Positions 18,812 through 29,507 of a stretch of 64,000 nt of DNA are shown here, one piece after another. The DNA is taken from positions 96,001-160,000 of the forward strand of contig CAWJIE010000002.1 of assembly GCA_963842885.1 (NCBI GenBank), read 5' to 3'. The notes under the pieces were generated by a model, which was given only the letters and a program-made list of their open reading frames with translations, did no database searches and was not told the DNA's origin. Source of the DNA: an uncultured Nitrososphaerota archaeon (GTDB lineage: Archaea > Thermoproteota > Nitrososphaeria > Conexivisphaerales > DTJL01). A program made the translations under genes and the position numbers. Within the stretch, counting starts at the first letter, position 1, and each line of letters opens with the position of its first letter.

Positions 18812-19372
18812 CTACTTCGATCGACGCATCCCGCCGGAGGCATCGGCCGCGGCAAGTCTGAGGAGGGACGAATAGTCCTCCTCCTTGATCGTGCTCGAAA
18901 CTATCGAAGTGGAGAGCCCGGCGGTGAGGGGTTCAAGCGGCGTGCAGACATTGTCTCTCAGGTCCTTTAGGTCCTTGCTTATGGTCCTGAAGACGTATTC
19001 ATATGAGCCAACCGTGGATTCAACCTGGACGATCCGGGGATGCTTTGCGAAGAACCTGAAGAGCTCGCGCCTGACCTTCTCGTCCACCGCCGTACGGGTA
19101 CCGATGATGGCTGACATGCCGTAGCCAAGTTTACTCCAGTCAACCTCCGTCCTGAATCCCTTTATGACTCCGAGTCTGACCAGTCGCTCGACCCTTCGAG
19201 CGACCTTCCGTTCGTCGGCTCCTACCATCTTCGCCAGCTGCTTGAAGGTCATCCTGCAGTCCTTCAACAGACAACCGAGGATTTCGTAGTCAATCGAATC
19301 CAGGACCTTGCCTTTGCGATCTGCCATGGCCTGAGCCGACTTGCTCCCTTCAGCCATATAAGCGTTCTGCAT
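18812..19372 (-). CDS. Lrp/AsnC family transcriptional regulator
   Basis: LDSIDYEIL..L.KDCR.TFKQLA..RVERL..GVI..VDWSKLG. Confidence 0.9.
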   Translation of the reverse strand: MQNAYMAEGSKSAQAMADRKGKVLDSIDYEILGCLLKDCRMTFKQLAKMVGADERKVARRVERLVRLGVIKGFRTEVDWSKLGYGMSAIIGTRTAVDEKVRRELFRFFAKHPRIVQVESTVGSYEYVFRTISKDLKDLRDNVCTPLEPLTAGLSTSIVSSTIKEEDYSSLLRLAAADASGGMRRSK

Positions 19373-19515
19373 TCAATGGCGTTTCTTGCCTGATCCATGA
19401 CGCTCTGCGACGTTCATGCACGCGTTTATGGCGTATCGTACCGTTTCCTTTAGCCAATATGGCATTCAGGGCATAATGGTTATATCTGGCGGGCGCGGTC
19501 TGTGGCTCTGGGGAG

Positions 19516-19644
19516 CTGTGGAGAAGATTGGGCTGTTGGGTTCACTCATGGGAAGAAAGCGCTGATGGGAGCCACCGGGTCTGTAAGAAATGCGGAAGGA
19601 AACAGAGAAAGATAATCCAGACAGACCAGTGGAAGGACGAGTAA
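19516..19644 (+). CDS. Possible ~42-aa zinc-binding microprotein (start uncertain)
   Basis: Manual translation LWRRLGCWVHSWEESADGSHRVCKKCGRKQRKIIQTDQWKDE*; TTATAT box at 19480. Confidence 0.45.
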   Translation: MWRRLGCWVHSWEESADGSHRVCKKCGRKQRKIIQTDQWKDE

Positions 19645-19784
19645 GGCCAACTTCCTTGGTGGCTGGTTACGGCCGAACCTCGACGGGTGCGCCCTTAAAC
19701 GATGACCAGGCGGGCTTCACGTGTGATGAGGGGGGCCGTGGACCATTTCTCTCAGAACCATATCGTTTCTGGGGGCGCACAGGC

Positions 19785-20487
19785 TTGTGCTTCGACGCCG
19801 TCATCACAGATTACGATAGAACGCTGACGGACAGCGACCTTCATGTATCGCACACGGCTCTCCGATTGCTAAGTAGGATTCAAGAGCGGAGGCGGGTCCT
19901 CGTCCTCATCGCCACAGGCAGGAACCTAAGTTTCGTGCGGAGGAAGCGGAGGGAGCTAGGCCGACATGGATTGTATCGTCTGTGAGAACGGGGCCGTCCT
20001 GTGGTTTCCGTCCCGGCGGAAGGTCATCCGATTCGGCGACATGTCGGCTGCAAGGTCGATGCTGATCGCTAGGGGCATCCCCTTCGATGCAGGCGAAGTC
20101 GTGGTCTCCGTCCCAAGAAGTTACGAAGACGACCTCCCAGGAGTTGCCGAGGCGCTCGGCGGCCTGGTCCATCTGGTGTCAAACCGAGACTCCGTGATGA
20201 TCCTCCCCTCCGGCGTAGACAAGGCTTCGGGCGTCACCAGGGCCCTCAGCGAGCTTGGAGCGAATTCTCCGCGGCTCGTCTGCATAGGCGATGGCGAGAA
20301 CGACGCCTCGCTCTTCTCCCTGGCGAGCCTGAGAGTTGCGACGTTCGACGCCGTCGAATCCCTGAAGGAGATGGCGGACTACGTCTGCGAAGCCCCGGCC
20401 TCGAAGGGCGTGGAGGCCTTCCTCAAAGGCCTGCTGAGGGGGAGCCTCCCCGCTTGCAGAGCCGGCAGCGAGGTGGAGATGAAATGA
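19785..20487 (+). CDS. HAD-superfamily (Cof/SPP-like) phosphatase, frameshifted near 19960
   Basis: DYDRTL and ATGR in one frame; CENGA, GVDKASG and IGDGEND in the next. Confidence 0.85.
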
Positions 20488-21854
20488 GCGGGCTCAAGAT
20501 GTGTGTCAGCACGCAGACGCCGCTGGTCCAGTTCGACATGGGCGAAAGGGCGCGAGGGAGAGGGGAAGGCGAAAGCCCGGCCGTGGACCTCGAGTCCTTG
20601 GTCGAAGGGAAGGAGTATCGGTACACACCCGGAGGAGTCACGAGGATGGTGTTCCCGCTTCTGAGGCACATGCTTCGTAGCGGGATGCTGACCTCAGTCG
20701 ACTGGACCTCGCTGAACCCTACAGCCCCGAGCATAGCGAGGATTGGAGGGATAATGTTGCGCTCCGTCGCCATTGAGAAGTCACGGATGGCCGGCTACGG
20801 CAAAGCCAAGGAGGCCATCTTGGCTGCGATGAGCGGCATCGCCTCGGGTGGAGCGGATGATGATATCTTCTGGAGCGATGACTTCACGGACTATGCCTAC
20901 TACAACAGGCAGACGGCTGAGCTTGTTTCGGCTCTGGACAGGGAGAACGATTTTGACGTCTTCTACATCCATGACTTCCAGCAGCTCCCTCTCGGCCATA
21001 TGCTCCACTCTCTGAAACCGAAGATCTTCCGATGGCACATACCGTTCGACGAGTCCGTGATACCGAGTGAATGGAAGGAGCCCCTGGGGACATACCTCAA
21101 CAGCTACGACGTAGTCATCGCAAGCGGCATGAAGTATCTGAGCTCTCTGCAGCGCTTCGGGTACTCGGGGAAGGCCCGCCACGTCTACCCCTACGTCGAT
21201 CCCACGGACTATTCAGTTCCGAGCATGGGCGAAGTAGACTCGCTGTGCAGCGGCTTGGGGTTGGCAAAGCAGGACAAGGTCGCGCTGGTCGTGGCGAGGA
21301 TGGACCCGATGAAGGGCCAAGACAGGGCGATAAGGGCCCTGGCCAAGGCACGCAAGGAGGAGCGGAGGCTGAAACTGGTGCTCGTTGGGAACGGGAGCTT
21401 CTCAAGCTCGAAGGGAGGCGTTGGGCTGTCAAAGGGGGCGGCCTGGAGGAGCGAACTTGAATTGCTCGCGAAGAAGCTGGGCCTCAAGGAGAGCGTCGTG
21501 TTTGCGGGCCACCTTTCGCATGGCGGGCTGGACGCCGCGTATGAAAGGTGCGACTTGACCCTGCTCCCCTCGGTGAGGGAGGGCTTTGGTTTAGTGGTCC
21601 TAGAGAGTTGGATTCACAAGAAGCCTTCGATCGTCTCGAGGGGGGCTGGCATCTCCGAGCTGGTCGCCGATGGAGTGAACGGCTTCCTCTATGACCCTGA
21701 CGACTGCGACGGCCTGGCGGAGAGGATGCTCGCCCTGGTCTCCGACAAGCGGCGGGCCCGGCTGATGGGCGAGAGAGGCTGTTCGACGTCGAAGCGCTGC
21801 TACATAGACGAAGGAGTTAAGGACGAATCGGACGTAATAGCTGGAGTGGTGTAG
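20484..21854 (+). CDS. GT4 glycosyltransferase (TreT-like)
   Basis: HDFQ, RWHIP, VARMDPMKGQ and REGFGLVVLE motifs; ATGA overlap with the HAD stop. Confidence 0.88.
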   Translation: MSGLKMCVSTQTPLVQFDMGERARGRGEGESPAVDLESLVEGKEYRYTPGGVTRMVFPLLRHMLRSGMLTSVDWTSLNPTAPSIARIGGIMLRSVAIEKSRMAGYGKAKEAILAAMSGIASGGADDDIFWSDDFTDYAYYNRQTAELVSALDRENDFDVFYIHDFQQLPLGHMLHSLKPKIFRWHIPFDESVIPSEWKEPLGTYLNSYDVVIASGMKYLSSLQRFGYSGKARHVYPYVDPTDYSVPSMGEVDSLCSGLGLAKQDKVALVVARMDPMKGQDRAIRALAKARKEERRLKLVLVGNGSFSSSKGGVGLSKGAAWRSELELLAKKLGLKESVVFAGHLSHGGLDAAYERCDLTLLPSVREGFGLVVLESWIHKKPSIVSRGAGISELVADGVNGFLYDPDDCDGLAERMLALVSDKRRARLMGERGCSTSKRCYIDEGVKDESDVIAGVV

Positions 21855-21861
21855 GCCTGCG

Positions 21862-22614
21862 TTGGCTCTGAGTTACAACGGCATATTCTTTCCCGTGCTC
21901 TCCTTTGCCGCGATCATCGTCGCCACGTGGATAGTGGCCCACTTCACGGGCATCATCCTAGGCAGGGTCTTGAGGACAAGCGTTCCGTCGGTCGGCCGTC
22001 AGGCCCGTAGGCTCGTGTGGGTCCTCATCTGGGTGATGGGGGTCCTCATTGCGATCGAACAGACCGGACTGAGGCTAGATCTGCTCCTGCTCATCCTCGG
22101 CCTCTGCGGGGCAGCGCTGATAATCTCCATGAGGGAACCCTTGGAGAACATCTCGGCCAGGTACTTTTCCGACCTTTACGTCCCCTTCAAGGTCGGCGAT
22201 TCGGTCAGCGTCAGAGGATACTCGGGCAGGATAATAGAGATCAACCCCATGAGCACGGTGCTGCTGTCCGATTCCGACCAACTCGTCTCGATACCCAACT
22301 CGGCCTTCCTCAGAGAGGCAGTGGTGAACACGACCCCCCAGGCCTGGAAGGAGGTTCTGATCCCAATTTCGCTGGACGGGAAGCTGGACATCGCCGAATT
22401 CGAGAGCCTGGTCCTGAAGAGCTGCAACAAGCTCAAGCTGCACCTCGACGGAAGGTTCCCACCAATCCTCACAGTGAAATCCAGGAGCCCCCAATCGACC
22501 GAGCTTCTGCTGACCCTCATGATCCGCGAGCCGGGAGAGAAGGACTCCATCATGTCAGAGGTCAGTCAGAGGATCGCGGGAATCACGGAGGAACTGCGAA
22601 AGAAGAAGGCATAG
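21862..22614 (+). CDS. MscS family mechanosensitive channel
   Basis: 3 TM; PFKVGD and SIPNS motifs. Confidence 0.88.
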   Translation: MALSYNGIFFPVLSFAAIIVATWIVAHFTGIILGRVLRTSVPSVGRQARRLVWVLIWVMGVLIAIEQTGLRLDLLLLILGLCGAALIISMREPLENISARYFSDLYVPFKVGDSVSVRGYSGRIIEINPMSTVLLSDSDQLVSIPNSAFLREAVVNTTPQAWKEVLIPISLDGKLDIAEFESLVLKSCNKLKLHLDGRFPPILTVKSRSPQSTELLLTLMIREPGEKDSIMSEVSQRIAGITEELRKKKA

Positions 22615-22620
22615 GCCCTC

Positions 22621-23112
22621 TTGCTTCATGGTCTGAACGGCCTGGAGGAGCCTTCTCTCATTGATCTAAGATGGGAGCATTCGATACGCTCCGAGTTCAT
22701 AATCAGATATATCTATCCCCCATACGAGATGATGCGGATGCTCGAAATCCTGTTCGTGTCTTCAAGGGAAAAGCTTGCTCTGATGTCAACATACATCGGA
22801 GACAAGCTGTCCACCATACCTCTCTTGAAGGCCCATTCCATCATCCTTGAAGACAAGTCCACGGAAGACGCCGGCCCGGTGATTACACTCATCCAAGAAT
22901 TCTTGGTGACGCAGGGCCAACATGGCTTCAAGGAGACATTGGAAGGGCACAAGGTAATCGTGGAAGCCCTTGCAGACGAAGCCGCGTCTTGGGCCAATCA
23001 CGACGATTCTCCTGTCGATCTTCCCCCCGGTCTATACCAATGCCTCCACTGCGGGAAGGTCTTCACAAGTGACGAAGAGTACAGGGCCCACGTCATCATC
23101 CATTACGCCTAA
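22621..23112 (+). CDS. C2H2 zinc-finger protein, possibly N-terminally truncated
   Basis: C-terminal YQCLHCGKVFTSDEEYRAHVIIHY. Confidence 0.65.
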   Translation: MLHGLNGLEEPSLIDLRWEHSIRSEFIIRYIYPPYEMMRMLEILFVSSREKLALMSTYIGDKLSTIPLLKAHSIILEDKSTEDAGPVITLIQEFLVTQGQHGFKETLEGHKVIVEALADEAASWANHDDSPVDLPPGLYQCLHCGKVFTSDEEYRAHVIIHYA

Positions 23113-23197
23113 CCCTGCTACAGACGCTTGTCAAGCAAAACATCTATTCATAAATACAGCTATTCTTACTACATCATCACGAGAGTAGCAATGCCAG

Positions 23198-23689
23198 ATG
23201 GCAACCACTAATTCCGTGAAACGGTACAAACTGAGGAAGCTCATAGCGTGGCTGGCAGACAAAGAAGGAAGGGGAATGGAGTTCATCTCCTTCTACATAC
23301 CTCGGGAGAAATCAATAGACGAGACAGTCGCAATGCTCAAGGACGAGTCTGATTCCGATGTCATGAAATCTGAGAATATCAGGGATCGCCTTCAAGACTC
23401 CCACAAGGAGATAATCGAGCGCCTGAAGCAGAAGAAGGAAATCCCAGAGAATGGACTCGCGATATTTGCTGGAACTTTCGTCGCGAAAGATTCGGAAGGC
23501 GAAGTCTTGAACGTCGAAGAGATCGTCCCGCCAGAGCCGATTACCGCCTATCTTTACGAGGTCGACGACCATTTCCGGTTAGAGCCGCTAAGGGAAATGT
23601 TGAGAGACGAAAGAGTCGTGGGGCTTATCGCCATGGATTCAAAGGAGGCCGGACTTGTTCAGGATGTCATCTTACTTGCTGAAGGCTGA
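23198..23689 (+). pseudogene. Truncated peptide chain release factor aRF1/eRF1 paralog (N-domain only)
   Basis: KEGRGMEFISFYIP, PENGLAIFAG, PPEPI..YLYEVDDHF.LEPLREML, GLIAMDSKEA; ends before GGQ. Confidence 0.8.
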
Positions 23690-23841
23690 AAGACGATTCT
23701 AGATGTGGGCAAGCAAGGGGTCATCCCCAAACAAGCAGTGCGCACTTCCACCCCATCGATTTCAGCCTTCTCGTCAGCCGGAATCCTATTAGTGTTGTGC
23801 CGATTCGAATCCGGGTGCGCAAGCGACATCGAAGCCTTTCT

Positions 23842-25605
23842 TCAGGTTGGTTCCGACTTGGAAAGAAGTTCGACTGCTCTGTTGTAGGCGCGGATGACAT
23901 CGGTCCTAGTGATTATTCCCACCAATTTGCCCGTGTCCTTCGAAACGACTGGGAGACGACCGATTCCGTGGTTGGTCATCCTGTCCAGGACATCTAGCAG
24001 TGATTCGTCGGGGTGCACTACGAGCAGGTTCTGCGTCATGATAGACCTGAGTGGTGTAGAAGCCATCCGCTCATGTGGAACCCTCAGAAGGTCGCTCATT
24101 GTCACTATCCCGACCACCTTTTCAGACTCGACGATAGGAATTCCCCGAAAGCCCTTGTCGAGCATCATTTGGTAGGCATTTTCAGTTGTGTCATTCGGAG
24201 CGAGAGTTAGCACAAAGTGATTCATGGCGTCGGAAACGAATACTCTAGTCAGCAGGGGAACATTGTATTCGCCTCTGTGGGCAGGAGAATCGGACCTCAT
24301 GGCCACCTGGCTCCGATAGATCGTATATTTTGGCCCTGTCACAAAGTACGAGATTACCACTGCTACCATCGAGGGAGCGAGTAGTGAGAGAGTACCAGTC
24401 ATTTCGCTTACCATGAGAATGACTGCGATTGGAACTCGTCCGACTCCCGCGAAGAGAGCCATCATTCCTACGATGACAAGCGGTGCTGGCACGGGTATCA
24501 CGCCTGGGAGCACAGAATTCAGGGCCATCCAGAATGCTGCGCCGACAAACCCGCCGATGACGAGCGAAGGTGCGAATACGCCCGCACTGCCTCCCGAACC
24601 CACCGTCAGGGACGTTGCGATAATCTTGAACAGCACCACAAGCACGAGGACGACGAAGATCGGAGCAGAAAGAAAACTGATTCCTATCAGATTCATCTTG
24701 CCGTCTATCAGGTATTGAAGGAAGCCATAACCGAGGCCTAGGACCTCCGGGAAGAAGATTCCGATTATTCCAGAAATGGCCAGTCCTATTACAGGTTTCG
24801 TGAACTTCGGAACATTGAGCGAGGAGAAAAAACTCTTCACTGTGTAGAACACGGTCGTGAAGGCCCGTCCGATGACTCCACAAACTAGACCCAACAGTGC
24901 GTAGAATACAAGGTTGGCAGGTTGTGTGAAGAAATAGGACACGGAATTTCCGAAGATGGGAGTGAATCCGGCGAAAGAGGCAAAGATCACGTACCCGACC
25001 GGAGACGCAATGAAGCCGGGTATCAGGGCTTCAACCTCGAAGTCTCCACCGCTATAGAGGATTTCGCCGCTGAGTATGGCTCCGGCGAAGGGCGATTTGA
25101 AGATTGAACCTATTCCTGCTCCAATACCAACTGCGACAGCGGTCCTCCGGTCTTTAGCAGAAAGTTTCAGTGCATCTCCCACAAACGAGCCGGATCCAGC
25201 TGCGATTTGGGCCGTGGGCCCCTCTCTTCCGCCGCTTCCCCCGGAACCTATGGTGAAAGCGGAAGCCAAGGCCTTGACGATAGGAATCCTTCGCCTTATC
25301 TTGCCATCTCTACGGTGAAAGGCGGCGATGGCCTCGTCGGTGCCGTGGCCTTCTGCCTCTGGGGCAAGCTTGTAAACGAGAAGCCCTGTGACCAAGCCGC
25401 CCAGTGCTGTTGACAAGGGAACGAGCCACAGATTGGGGTGGAGGCTGGGGAGGGAAGCGGATTCCCCGGCCGGGCTGGGAAGGTAGAAGCCTGTAATCCC
25501 TCCGAGCATTAAATTGGTCGCGACCTGAATTAGGAAGTAAAAGACTACCGCGCCGATTCCGGCTGCTATTCCGATGAGAAGGCCAATGACAGCCCATTTC
25601 GCCAC
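23842..25605 (-). CDS. ClC chloride channel/antiporter with CBS pair
   Basis: GHGTD, GGSGGREGP and GGSAGVFAP motifs; C-terminal CBS domains. Confidence 0.94.
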   Translation of the reverse strand: MAKWAVIGLLIGIAAGIGAVVFYFLIQVATNLMLGGITGFYLPSPAGESASLPSLHPNLWLVPLSTALGGLVTGLLVYKLAPEAEGHGTDEAIAAFHRRDGKIRRRIPIVKALASAFTIGSGGSGGREGPTAQIAAGSGSFVGDALKLSAKDRRTAVAVGIGAGIGSIFKSPFAGAILSGEILYSGGDFEVEALIPGFIASPVGYVIFASFAGFTPIFGNSVSYFFTQPANLVFYALLGLVCGVIGRAFTTVFYTVKSFFSSLNVPKFTKPVIGLAISGIIGIFFPEVLGLGYGFLQYLIDGKMNLIGISFLSAPIFVVLVLVVLFKIIATSLTVGSGGSAGVFAPSLVIGGFVGAAFWMALNSVLPGVIPVPAPLVIVGMMALFAGVGRVPIAVILMVSEMTGTLSLLAPSMVAVVISYFVTGPKYTIYRSQVAMRSDSPAHRGEYNVPLLTRVFVSDAMNHFVLTLAPNDTTENAYQMMLDKGFRGIPIVESEKVVGIVTMSDLLRVPHERMASTPLRSIMTQNLLVVHPDESLLDVLDRMTNHGIGRLPVVSKDTGKLVGIITRTDVIRAYNRAVELLSKSEPT

Positions 25606-26146
25606 GTAGTTCCGTTGGATAATCCTGTTGATGTTTGAAGAAATCTCAGACAGGTCTTATCAACTACTCCTCAGGTGACTTCTATTTGTCCTATATTATC
25701 TTAACCGTGCCTACGGCTTCGCACCCTTGAAAAGCTAGTGCTGCGAGACGGTCGCTGGAGTCTGCGTGCAAAAACACCAGTCCAACAAGGGTTTCTCGGT
25801 TCAGGAACTCAATTTGAAGCGCGGTATGGAAAAGCTTTGGCCTACCCCGAGACGGCCAAAGAAATGTACCCTTTCGGTCCTCGGAACCGTGGGAATTTCG
25901 AACACCCCGCCGCGCCTGGGACCCTTTCCTCGCCGGCGTTCGGCCATGCGGTCCGGTCAGGCGCTTGAGCATATTGTCTCCAGATGACTTTCGGGCATCG
26001 CCCCAGAGCCGAGGAGAAACGCGTGTGTCTCGGGGATCAAGCAGCTGGGAGCAAGCTCCCTCCCCTGACCTAGAGCGTCGCGTCGATTATGGCGCCGCCG
26101 ACTTCGTCATGTTTATGAGGGGGAAACGGGACGATTCCAGATTGAC

Positions 26147-26635
26147 TTGGTCCAGCCATTCCAGGATCCAGTGGAGAAGTATGCGAGGAAGAGCCTTTAC
26201 TTCGTGCCCGAGGGTGCCTCCGTTCGCAAAGCTGCTAGAATCATGAAAGAGAAGAAGGTTGGCAGCGTTCTAGTCTACAGGGGTGGCATCCCCATCGGGA
26301 TCCTGACGGAAAGGGATGTACTTTACAAAGTGACCTCCGAAGGCCTGGACCCTGAAAGGGTCAAGGTCTCAGCGGTGATGTCCTCTCCCCTGGTCACGAT
26401 AAGAAAGGGGGAGCCGGCTGAGAACGCTCTCAAGCTGATGAAGGAGCACGGCATACGGCGGGTCTTGGTCTTGGATGAAAGAGGGAAGCCGTACGGGCTG
26501 GTTGTGCAGAAGCAGATGCTGGGAGACCTCGTGGGCAAGGCTGTGGGGCTCCGAGAGAGCGGAATCAAGGCGAAGTCTTGGCTGGAGAGACATGTGATGG
26601 AGGTCACGGATGAGGCCCTGCAGAGGTCTGAATGA
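26147..26635 (+). CDS. CBS-domain protein
   Basis: VGSVLV..GILTERDV..VMSSPLVTI. Confidence 0.9.
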   Translation: MVQPFQDPVEKYARKSLYFVPEGASVRKAARIMKEKKVGSVLVYRGGIPIGILTERDVLYKVTSEGLDPERVKVSAVMSSPLVTIRKGEPAENALKLMKEHGIRRVLVLDERGKPYGLVVQKQMLGDLVGKAVGLRESGIKAKSWLERHVMEVTDEALQRSE

Positions 26636-26688
26636 AGCCTAGCGCTAGATGGCCTTCATATTACCTCGACTAGGGATTGCAACACGTC

Positions 26689-27612
26689 TTAGGCCGCGGG
26701 GAGTTCTTCCTGAACCTTCATACCTTCTCGGATCATGAGCGTCTTGATCGGTTCATCAAATACGCTCTTCGTCCAGACCGCGATGACGACTTGGTAGGTG
26801 GTGGCTCCAACATCTACTATCTCCACGCTCGACCTTTCCCCGTCGATGATGTCATATTTCTTCAATGATTCAATGAGCCTTGCCCTGAACTTGTCGTAAT
26901 CCTTCCTTTTGTCCAGGTCCATCCTCACCCTGACTGTGCGTAGGGTGACCTTCGAGTAGTTCAAGATCAGTGCTCCGATGACCACTGAGTTCGGAAATAT
27001 CGCGGGAATGCCGTTATCCAGCAGGACGCGGGTGAAGAAGATCCCGACGTCCTGCACCACCCCGGTGAAACCGCTCGTCTCGCTTTCATGAGAATAGGTC
27101 GATCCGGTCAGTCCGTAGGAGGCGGTTGCCAGCCTCACCCGGTCGCCGATCTCGAAAGGCTTCGAGACGAGCATCGAGAGTCCCGCGAATATGTTGCCCA
27201 GGACTTGTTGCGCCGCGAGGCCGAGGACGATCCCGAGAAAACCTGCTCCGATCAGGGCCGCCGTAAGGTTGAAACCGAAAGCTGCGAAGACGAAGACGAC
27301 GATGACTATCGCGGCGAGCACCTGGAAGAGGTTCTCGACTCCCCGTGCCCGCGTCACGCCGAATGTCGGCTCGATGATCCGCGCAAGTATCCGGTTGACG
27401 ACCCTGATCACCAGGTAGCCACCGATAACCACGATGATTGCGTAGATGAGTGGAAGGTAGCTCTTGGAGACCACTCCGCGGTCGGCCAGGTAGTACACGA
27501 GCAGCGCCGCCACCAGGGCGGCAAACAAGATGAAGATGAACTCAAGTATCCTGCGTCTCATGGGACCGGTCTCTCCCTTCATACTTCTCATCCTCGCTAC
27601 AGGCAAGGACAC
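26689..27612 (-). CDS. MscS family mechanosensitive channel
   Basis: GLAAQQVLGNIFAG..KPFEIGD and FPNS motifs. Confidence 0.92.
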   Translation of the reverse strand: MSLPVARMRSMKGETGPMRRRILEFIFILFAALVAALLVYYLADRGVVSKSYLPLIYAIIVVIGGYLVIRVVNRILARIIEPTFGVTRARGVENLFQVLAAIVIVVFVFAAFGFNLTAALIGAGFLGIVLGLAAQQVLGNIFAGLSMLVSKPFEIGDRVRLATASYGLTGSTYSHESETSGFTGVVQDVGIFFTRVLLDNGIPAIFPNSVVIGALILNYSKVTLRTVRVRMDLDKRKDYDKFRARLIESLKKYDIIDGERSSVEIVDVGATTYQVVIAVWTKSVFDEPIKTLMIREGMKVQEELPAA

Positions 27613-27720
27613 GATGGCTAATATGTCTCTAGGGCGCTGTGCGGAACTGCTCTAAGCAGCGTGCGAGACAATCTTGGGCCTATTGAATGAAAGAGCAACC
27701 GTCGCAGGATGCCGCTGTTC

Positions 27721-27761
27721 TTGGATATCCATTGCTGCTGGAAAAGAATTCAATGTCATCG
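27721..27761 (+). repeat. Module B
   Basis: ttg GATATCCATTGCT GCTGGAAA AGAATTCAATGTC atcg. Confidence 0.88.
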
Positions 27762-27888
27762 ACCCACAAGACAGAACAGAGACGGCGTCGGGGGCCAATT
27801 CTGGCATGAGCGTGGCATCCCTGGCCTGGGCGAATTCAACATGGTGAGTTACCGACGAGATTAGAAAAAGGGATGGGCAGGACGTGGC

Positions 27889-28233
27889 TTAGAAGCCAAA
27901 TAGAAGGAGCTGTTCTGGAAGGGGCGCTCCGGATACAACGTTCATGTCGATGCCGGTGAAGTCCTTGATCTCGTTCTTCATCCAGACGGAGAACTTGTCC
28001 TTTGACTTCGCCAAGTCCTCGGTGACCTTCTGCGGGTTAGCGCACTCGAAGTAGTCGATGATTATGTCTCCACGGGGAGTGGTCTGAAGGAACATGGCCT
28101 CCTTCGTGACTTTGCTCCTCTTCTCAGAAGCGGCGAGTTCCTTGGCGTGCTTCGTCTTGAAAGATTTGAAGAACTCCCTGGCCTTCTCGGTCTTCCCGGG
28201 CAGCACGGGGAACACTATGGCGATGGGTTTCAT
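27889..28233 (-). CDS. 114-aa hypothetical protein (paralog 1)
   Basis: About 76% identical (87/114 by eye) to 31741..32085. Confidence 0.85.
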   Translation of the reverse strand: MKPIAIVFPVLPGKTEKAREFFKSFKTKHAKELAASEKRSKVTKEAMFLQTTPRGDIIIDYFECANPQKVTEDLAKSKDKFSVWMKNEIKDFTGIDMNVVSGAPLPEQLLLFGF

Positions 28234-28372
28234 CAGTGACGAAGCGGCCTTCCCGATATTTAACTACTCCACCTTTCAGTCTGCCCCAGGCCAGGTGTTG
28301 AAGCCCGAGTTGAAGACGATGAGGTGGCAGTCTCCTTTGGCGGCACTCTGGGCCTCTTTCACGGAGTCGTGG

Positions 28373-28426
28373 ACTTGGCCCTTAGATGCTAACCGGGATA
28401 GGGACTAGGATGCTGTGCTCAAACCG
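28373..28426 (+). repeat. Module E
   Basis: acttggcccttagatgctaaccgggatagggactaggatgctgtgctcaaaccg. Confidence 0.85.
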
Positions 28427-28658
28427 GACTGACCATCTACCTCTCGACGGGTGAGCGGTGGGTTCCTCAGTGCGTCAGAGACGGAGGTGTCGGGCGTTCC
28501 ATCCTTGGCCATAGGATGGATCAAGGCTCGCTCGGCAGATGGTATTCTTAGTATTTGTCTCAAGCTTGAAGTGATATCCCAAACTAGAGATACAAGAGAG
28601 CGATCAAGCATTGCGGTCCTGGACGCATCGAATCCCGCCCGTCGACCTGACGGCGGAA

Positions 28659-29165
28659 CTATGGGCTCCGTCTAAGTGCCCTCTCGAATGCCAGGCCGAC
28701 GAATATGGCCAGCCCGAGCGTAGCGAAGACGAGAAGCCCGGGGAACTCGGGGACGGGCTGCGCAACTACGACTTGTCCAGTCAGATCGCTGTCGACCGTG
28801 CTAGTATACACATAGGTACCGGGAATGGTGAACGTGTGAGCGTAGGACTCCCCATAGGTCATCCTCCCCGAATCCCATGACTCCGCCTGCCCGGCTACGG
28901 AGGTGACGGTATGCGTCCCCGAGGCCATGTCCGTCCAGTTCACCGTGTCGCCGACGGCTACAGATATCGTGCTGGGGTCGAAGTTGAAGCCGGGCATCCC
29001 GCTCCCCTGGATCTGCACCGCCCACGTCGTAGCGGCACGGGTGGAATTCAGAGGGGCTGGACTTGAGGCTGCTGCCAACGCGAACACGGCTAGCAGGAGG
29101 ACCGTCCAGAGACGGGGGCCGACCAGGGGCTTCAAGTTCCTTCGTCCTGTCATAAGACGAGTCAT
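28659..29165 (-). CDS. Cupredoxin/plastocyanin-fold protein with PEF-CTERM
   Basis: FDPSTISVAVGDTVNW..HTVTS..WDSG..HTFTIPGTY; VPEFP + TM + RR. Confidence 0.85.
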   Translation of the reverse strand: MTRLMTGRRNLKPLVGPRLWTVLLLAVFALAAASSPAPLNSTRAATTWAVQIQGSGMPGFNFDPSTISVAVGDTVNWTDMASGTHTVTSVAGQAESWDSGRMTYGESYAHTFTIPGTYVYTSTVDSDLTGQVVVAQPVPEFPGLLVFATLGLAIFVGLAFERALRRSP

Positions 29166-29310
29166 TATTGTTCCAGGCGACAGTTAAGTCTTGCTGCCGT
29201 GGAGTGATCGTTTCTCGTCTCTTGCACCTCTTCCAGCAAGCTTCGCCCGAGGTCCAGTTAGCATTCCGCTGTTTCGTGGTCAGGATACCATCTCAGGCCT
29301 AGACACACAG

Positions 29311-29330
29311 TTTTGGATATCTGTTCTACT
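29311..29330 (+). repeat. Left half of module B
   Basis: ttttggatatctgttctact versus ttttggatatctattgctact at 30467. Confidence 0.6.
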
Positions 29331-29507
29331 AGGACACCAAGCCCCCCTGCCACAGCATACAGCAGCACAGGTGAAGCGCCTCACCAACCTCGCAAGGGGC
29401 ATCGAGGAGCTGAGAATTGAGATGAATCCTCAGAAGGAATCAGAGTGAACGTCCTAGGGTCAAGCCTAAGCGAAAAGTTCAAGACTCGATGCGCGAACTT
29501 AGTTACA

